From NCBI GenBank assembly GCA_977018835.1, contig OZ361260.1, positions 2,046,001-2,110,000 of the forward strand: DNA of 64,000 bases, read 5' to 3'. Below the pieces are notes generated by a model, which made no database searches, was not told the DNA's origin, and worked only from the letters and a program-made list of their open reading frames with translations. Below, piece after piece: positions 58,130-64,000 of this stretch (positions within the stretch are counted from its first letter, which is position 1; the number at the start of each line of letters is the position of its first letter). The stretch is from Minutocellus sp. GHC0000111. Lineage: Eukaryota. The position numbers and the translations under genes are program-made.

Positions 58130-61021
58130 AAAAAGAACCTACACTAGCTGATGATCACAGCCCCTTACTGCTAGCACGCTAACTTTCAATTTTAAAATTA
58201 TTTTTTACACAATGAACAGGTATCAAAACAAGAAAAGCAGCGACTGAAAAATGCTAGACGACACTTAGAACAAATTAAAAGGAAGGAGAGCATACCCAGG
58301 ATGAACATAAAGCCACCGCATCATGACCGTCTTCGCGACTATGATGCTCTTCATGTGCAGCAGCTATGGGAAGACGCAATAGAGTTGGACGTTGATTTGA
58401 GTGCTTGCGATCCATATCGTGCACTGAACAATGACAAGTACAAAATCGCCATTGGGCAAGCCACCAAGGTAATATCGGCAGCGAGGAGGAAAAGAGACGC
58501 CCACTTCAGGAAGGAAGATATGTACGCAATTAATCGCCAAGCATTCCGAGCATCAACCTATGCCGAACAGAAGGTACTCGAATCGCTCATGCGATTTGAA
58601 TCGAGAATGATGCAACTTCACCATGATGTTTGCTCTTTGTGCAATGAGTGCAGCATTGATATGACTGTAAACAAGAATAATGTCTGTCGAAGGTGTGCAA
58701 ATAAACGGACGAAAAATGATTATACGAAAGAAAATGCCATGATCCCACTGTGGATTGATGATGCGGGTAAGGAGCATCTAGAGGTTCCTCCGGAACTAGA
58801 ATGCCTCACTATTGCCGAGAAATTATTGATCCAGCGCGTCTCACCGCTCGTGCCAATACATCACATTAAAAATGGCAATCTTGGAATAAAGGGGCACGTT
58901 TGCTCCTTTATGCAAAATATCGAAGATCTAGCTTCGTCGCTCCCAAAATTACCTCACCAAGTCAAAGCAATACGGATGATTCGAACTCACGAAAATAGCG
59001 ACGGTCTTCCGGTCACGACAATGTACACTGTGAATCGTCGTCGCGTCATGAATGCTCTCCTCTGGCTCGTAAAGCACCACTCTGATTATAGGCAAGCCTA
59101 CGAGAACGGTGAATTGACTATTGATGAAACAAATCTTGACTGGATGCCCGCCGGGATAGATGAGGCTGATCTCTTATCCGTTACTGACATAGTGCACACC
59201 GAAAAAAATGATATAGTCTCGCTGATACCGAGGAGACTGGGGTGTCCAATTCCCAATGTATCGATCCCCTGATGATTGATAATGATGAAGAGGAATGCTC
59301 AGGTTTCTCGTGTAAAGAGGCAACATCGCTCACCAACGAAAATCAAGAAGCAATGATAAATGCTTTGAAGGAGGCAGCAGGCGAGCAGAGCGACGTATCA
59401 AAGCTTGATTGGCCACAGACCAGCTATCCCGATGCCATTTCGGAATATTCCAATGTACGCATCTTCACGAATGCATTCCCTTGGCTTTTCCCGGGAGGAA
59501 CAGGTGATTTCCGCGATCTTGACCGTGAATCAGACATAGACGTAGCAAATTGGGCACAACATCTTCTACGGCAGGCCGATGGAAGATTTCAGCGAGACAA
59601 GCTCTGGGGATTTTTTGTGTATAACTACTGCCAAAGACAGCGTAACAATTCTAGCGGAGGATACTTCATCAACAATCACATCAGCGATCCGCCCAAATCT
59701 CTCGATGAATTGAAGGAACAGCTAAGGAAGGGCGACTCTTCCTTTGTTAGCAAACTCATTTTCTACAGCAAGCGAGTTCGTGGATCAGATTCATACTGGC
59801 GGTCAGAACGCTCAAAATTATACACATGGATTTCTCACCACATAGAAGCCAATCACGGAGCGCCAGACATATTCATGACCCTCTCCTGTGCGGAATATTT
59901 TTGGCCGGATGCAATACGGCTCCTAGAAGAACGCATATGGATCGCGGAAGGGAGGAAAATCGTAAACGGAAATCGATGCTTTCGCGACGGACGGAAGATT
60001 GACCTCAGCAATAATAGGGTCGATCGAAACAGAGCCGTCAATGACTATGCCCTCGTAATTCAACAATATTTCATCAAACGTGCAGAGAATTTCTTGAACA
60101 CCGTCGGAAAGGAATTACTCGGCATAAAATATTATTGGGGCCGAATGGAATTTGCCAAAGGACGGGGGCAGATACACATCCATCTTCTTGGTATATTGGA
60201 CAAGACCATGACAAGAGACCTCCAGGACCAGCTAAATGACGGAGGCAGAAGTCACGCCGATCAGGCCAAACTCGTTGGGGACTGGGCAGAACGGGTCTTC
60301 GGCATGACTTCATCCATCGACAGGAATAGCGAGTGAGTATATGTGCAAATTGAATCAAAAACCAACATGATAAGACGCGACAAGGTCTCATGATCCCTCT
60401 TCCTCCTTTCTCGACAGGCCTGCTGACGAAAGCGGTAACATGGGAGCAAGCAAACAACGTCTCGGCGAGGTTTCCGACTATCGTAAGGACGAGGCTCGAC
60501 TCTGTTTTGAATGCCAACATCATAAATGCGGGAGCTACTGCATGCGAAACCATCGTGCGAAGAAAAATAAAGAATCAGCAAATTCCCCTCCCAGCACACA
60601 CGAGACGAATTCAAGCACCGCAAAACCAGATAAACGACGATATTGCCGTGCCGGAACAGGATACGAGAAGACCCCAAATGCTTGCGATACACCAGGATTC
60701 CAATTACGTTCAGACCATGCCATCACCCGTGATGATCGTGATTTCCTGAAGCTCGAAATGAAGCGGAACAATCTTCGCATGATTCAGACCCCACTCAACG
60801 TTCTGAGAGGATGGCGTGGCAATTGTGATATCAAAGTGTTATTATACGACTGTCACGACAGCGAACCAACGCCAGAGGACATAGCCGAAGTTACCGATTA
60901 TTTTTTCGCTTACGCAAAGGAAACGAGACACTGGCCACCGAACGCGACACTTTTACAGCCATCGTCAATCGGTGAGTGCTGCGTTGGATGCAAATGTGCC
61001 AAAACGGGACCAATTCCATTT

Positions 61022-61039
61022 GAATACCCGCGAGTATTC
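61022..61039. promoter_or_regulatory. Intronic palindrome (TTT)GAATAC-ccgcga-GTATTC(AAA)
   Basis: Inside intron 60972-61128; 9-bp arms. Confidence 0.72.
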
Positions 61040-63228
61040 AAAAAGAATCTGATCCCGCGTCTATTTCCGTTCATTGTGTCATTTTCACGCTGTAACGCGC
61101 ATGCTCAATCCCCTGATTCGACTTCCAGTGCTGAGGAGGTGTCAGGAAATATTGATGATGTAATCACATTGGCCAGGAAGCTGCTCAACAGAGCCGTGGT
61201 CAGTAGACTTGTGCCAAAACAAGAGTGCATGGTGGAGCTAGACAAGCTTCCCTTGATCCTGTGCACGGAGACCATCGAGTCATCAATTATTAGTAGTTTG
61301 TCCGGTAGCTACAAGCTCACATCAGACACCCACAATGGACTGGTTGCAAAATACAGAAAAATAGCTGCCAAGAACCCTAACCTTTCGCTCAGTGACCTGT
61401 TCCAACAACAAATTGGCAGCAAGAACACTGAGAAAGCTGTCATTCCACATTGGATAGGAGGGAGGGGGCAACCAACATTCCCAGTCTCTCACTAAGGACT
61501 ACACCTAGGTACATGCCAGAATGACGCTGCTAGTGCACAGGCCATGGAGAGCATCAACACCTCCCCGGCTAAGCAAAGAGCAATGGATCAAAGAGTTCAA
61601 CAACTTTCTTTCTGACTCGTGCTGCCCCCAGTCAGTCAAGATTGCGTACGCCAGGGTGAGAGAGCGCAAAGTGAAGAAACGCCACAGTGAGCCAACAGCA
61701 GAAGATGAAGAATGCCATGACTACGAGGCTCACGGAGACATGGATGATGAAACCAGAGACATTCTCAACTTGGTCAAAACCAATGCAGTCAGCAACGACC
61801 CAGGAGTGACCATTGGGGACTTCAAGTTTGACAGAGGGGGCTAAACTATGACTGGTCTCAGAGAATGTTCCCTGCAAGAGATAGACGCCATGCTTGAAGG
61901 GGGGTCCTGGCTAGAAGAAGCAGTCAGCTCAAAAGATGCAACAGAATGGACACCTTTTACCACTGAAGTAGATGGAAAGCCCATGGCAATTGATGCGTCA
62001 ATGGTGAAAAATGACCAGCAGGAGTTGCTTCTGACAGTGATGAGCAAGGTCAAGGAGGAGTGGGTGGAGTGCGCCACTTCAAGTGATGTCAACAAAGCCA
62101 GGTCTTTCAAGCCACTCTCTACTTGACGGTGCAAGGCTGCGCAGGATCAGGCAAGAGCTTCTTCATTAAATGCTTGGTGAACACAGTGAGGGAGGTTTTA
62201 GGAGAGAAAAACGTCATCCATGTGGTTGGCCCCACCGGTGCAGCAGCATGGTCAGTGGGAGGACAGACAATGCACAGAAAGTTTGGAATAAACCCTCACT
62301 CTCCATCATCTTTCCCTTCAGAAAAGCAAAGAGAGACAATGATGAAAGACAACAGAGTGACAGTTGTTTACGTGCTTGATGAAAGGAGCATGTACACAGC
62401 AGACAACCTTGGGGCTGCTTAGAGGAATCTTGCAGCAACTGCTCATGGAGGAGGCCACGAAGGAGAGCTGTTCGGGGGGGTGCCCATCTTTCTGCTTGTG
62501 GGGGATGACTACCAGCTGCCCCCACCACCAACAAACACACAAAAGGGGGCATTTGACACGGTTGGAGGGCAGCCTTCACACTCACAAAGGCAAACTGGAG
62601 TTGCTGCATCAGGAGCACAGCTTTTTCTCGACACATCTGAAAAGTGCATGGAACTCAAGACAATCAAGCGTCAAAAGTCAGATCAGGTTGAACTCGTCAG
62701 CATGCTGGGAAGGCTTCGGTCAGAGGACACCCAACACCAGCAGATGCAGACAAGCTAATGCAGTGCCACCTCACCAACTTTGGAAATGCAGAAGTGGAAG
62801 CCATCACAAGCAGCACAGGAACAACCATCCATGCATCTTTTTGCAAAAAAGGCGCCAAGGGATGAGTTCAACTACCAGAAGCTACAAAAGGTGCCCAGTT
62901 CAAGCAACCCAGTGGCCCTGGTGAAAACCAAGTGGGAGTCCACATCAGGGAAGGCAGCTGTCCGCAAGGCACACTTTCCAAACCCACCAGCAAATGCAAC
63001 AGTTCTTAGCAGAGGCGCCATGGTCTGCCTGGCAGACCGAAACTTTGAACCAGAGTGGGGACTCTTCAACAACAGCGTGGGAGAGGTAGAAGAAATTATT
63101 TTCGAAGAAGGAAGAAATCCAAACACAGGAGACCAACCATGCTACGTGGCAGTGAAGTTCCCTCAGAGTGCAGCGGTCCGGTCTGTCTGGGACCCCCTGA
63201 AGCCAAAGGTAAGAACTAGATTCTTGAT

Positions 63229-63246
63229 GAATACCGAGGGGTGTTC
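63229..63246. promoter_or_regulatory. Intronic palindrome GAATAC-cgaggg-GTgTTC
   Basis: Inside intron 63209-63345; the single mismatch is a TA->TG change. Confidence 0.62.
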
Positions 63247-64000
63247 TTTTGGAAGCCAAGCCGTGAGTCAGGTCATTGGTTGTTTAACTGCACCAGTTTA
63301 ACTCACACCCAACAACCTCCTGCCTTTCCCCCCTCATGTGAAAAGGTCGTTCCAATTCCAATGACAGCCAGCCATGATGTGCAAAATCAAGTGCTGCTGC
63401 ACAAAGCCACTTGCTGCCCACTCACACTGTCATTTGCAAAAACGTGCCACACATTCCAAGGACAGTCAGCAGGACCAGTGAGCCATGGCCAGCAACCAAA
63501 TGCGGTGGACCGGGTGATTGTGGACCCAGGAGACAAAGGAATGGAGGGAAAGAACTCAGCAGGGCTGCTCTACATGGCAGTGTCAAGAGAGCAACCACCA
63601 TATTGGCGACGATGCTAGCAACAACAGCAGTGAGCAGAGAGGGAGACGGCAAGACTCAGCAATCTACTTCACTGGGCACAACATGACTCGAAACAGAGTG
63701 CTGAATCTGACACTTAAAAAAAGATGGGTCAGAGCACCAAAGAGTGCAGTTGAGACGAAAGTTGGCATCCCGAGTGGAAGAAAACACAGTGGGGATGCAG
63801 CTGGCTGAAGGAGAAACACCAGAGACAGTGCTGAGCTGGTGCAGGAACTTCCGTGCGAGCAAAGACACCCTTGATGAAGCTGCGAGCAACTGGAGCTGGC
63901 GCAGGAACCTGAACAGAGACCTCAATTACTAGCAAACCAAGACAAAATTCAATTGAACACCAAATGAACTCAATGAGAAACGAGTGCTATGAAGTGGTGT

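Larger units (their letters stand above)
57027..63932 (+). pseudogene. Helitron Rep-helicase: ubiquitin-like domain, DUF6570-like region, HUH Rep and PIF1-family helicase; multi-exon and disrupted
   Basis: Motifs PPELECLTIAEKLLI...KGHVCSF, AFPWLFPGG, FMTLSCAE, EFAKGRGQIHIHLL (HUH), GCAGSGKS (Walker A), VLDERSM, GDDYQLPP, FAKTCHTFQG and LYMAVSR. Introns 58074-58219, 60333-60417, 60972-61128 and 63209-63345. Several frameshifts and a TAG at 62420-62422. Confidence 0.92.
46950..64000 (+). mobile_element. Large Helitron-like rolling-circle transposon with accessory genes; left boundary approximate, right end outside the window
   Basis: Rep-helicase gene at 57.0-63.9 kb. A shared intronic palindrome links the 48-54 kb gene to the RepHel gene. 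Host-type TA-palindrome spacers are absent after about 46.9 kb. No terminus was identified. Confidence 0.7.

Overview
This is eukaryotic nuclear DNA, most likely from a diatom. The inference rests on short GT-AG introns, bipartite plastid-targeting presequences and diatom-type gene families. About 17 host genes are present: DEK-like, a small mitochondrial membrane protein, a TPR protein, two aldo/keto reductases, an NAD(P)-binding protein, JmjC/cupin, a kinase-like protein, PhyH, a CS-domain protein, WW-PP2C, CDIN1-like, a galectin-RRM fusion and several hypotheticals. Mobile DNA between them comprises an orphan-gene insertion (about 3.7-6.0 kb) that truncates both neighbours, a complete Ty3/gypsy element (14644-22088, TSD CAGGC), a DD39D mariner-type transposon (22431-25885, TA TSD), a degenerate repeat (about 33.7-36.4 kb) and a Helitron-like element of at least 17 kb with large accessory genes running off the right edge. 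Four signals stand out. (1) A palindrome GAATAC-N6-GTATTC sits in six of the seven introns I could define in the Helitron's genes and in none of the host introns. (2) Repeats show patchy, directional hypermutation (TpA->CpA/TpG plus CpG decay, with 1-4 bp tandem micro-duplications), readable directly from the LTR pair. (3) The gypsy gag/pol overlap contains a yeast-Ty1-like +1 frameshift site, CTT-AGG-A. (4) A ubiquitin-like domain ending RLRGG is spliced in frame to the Helitron Rep-helicase. All family assignments come from motif recognition by eye; no database searches were run. Isolated frameshifts in host genes are probably consensus errors.
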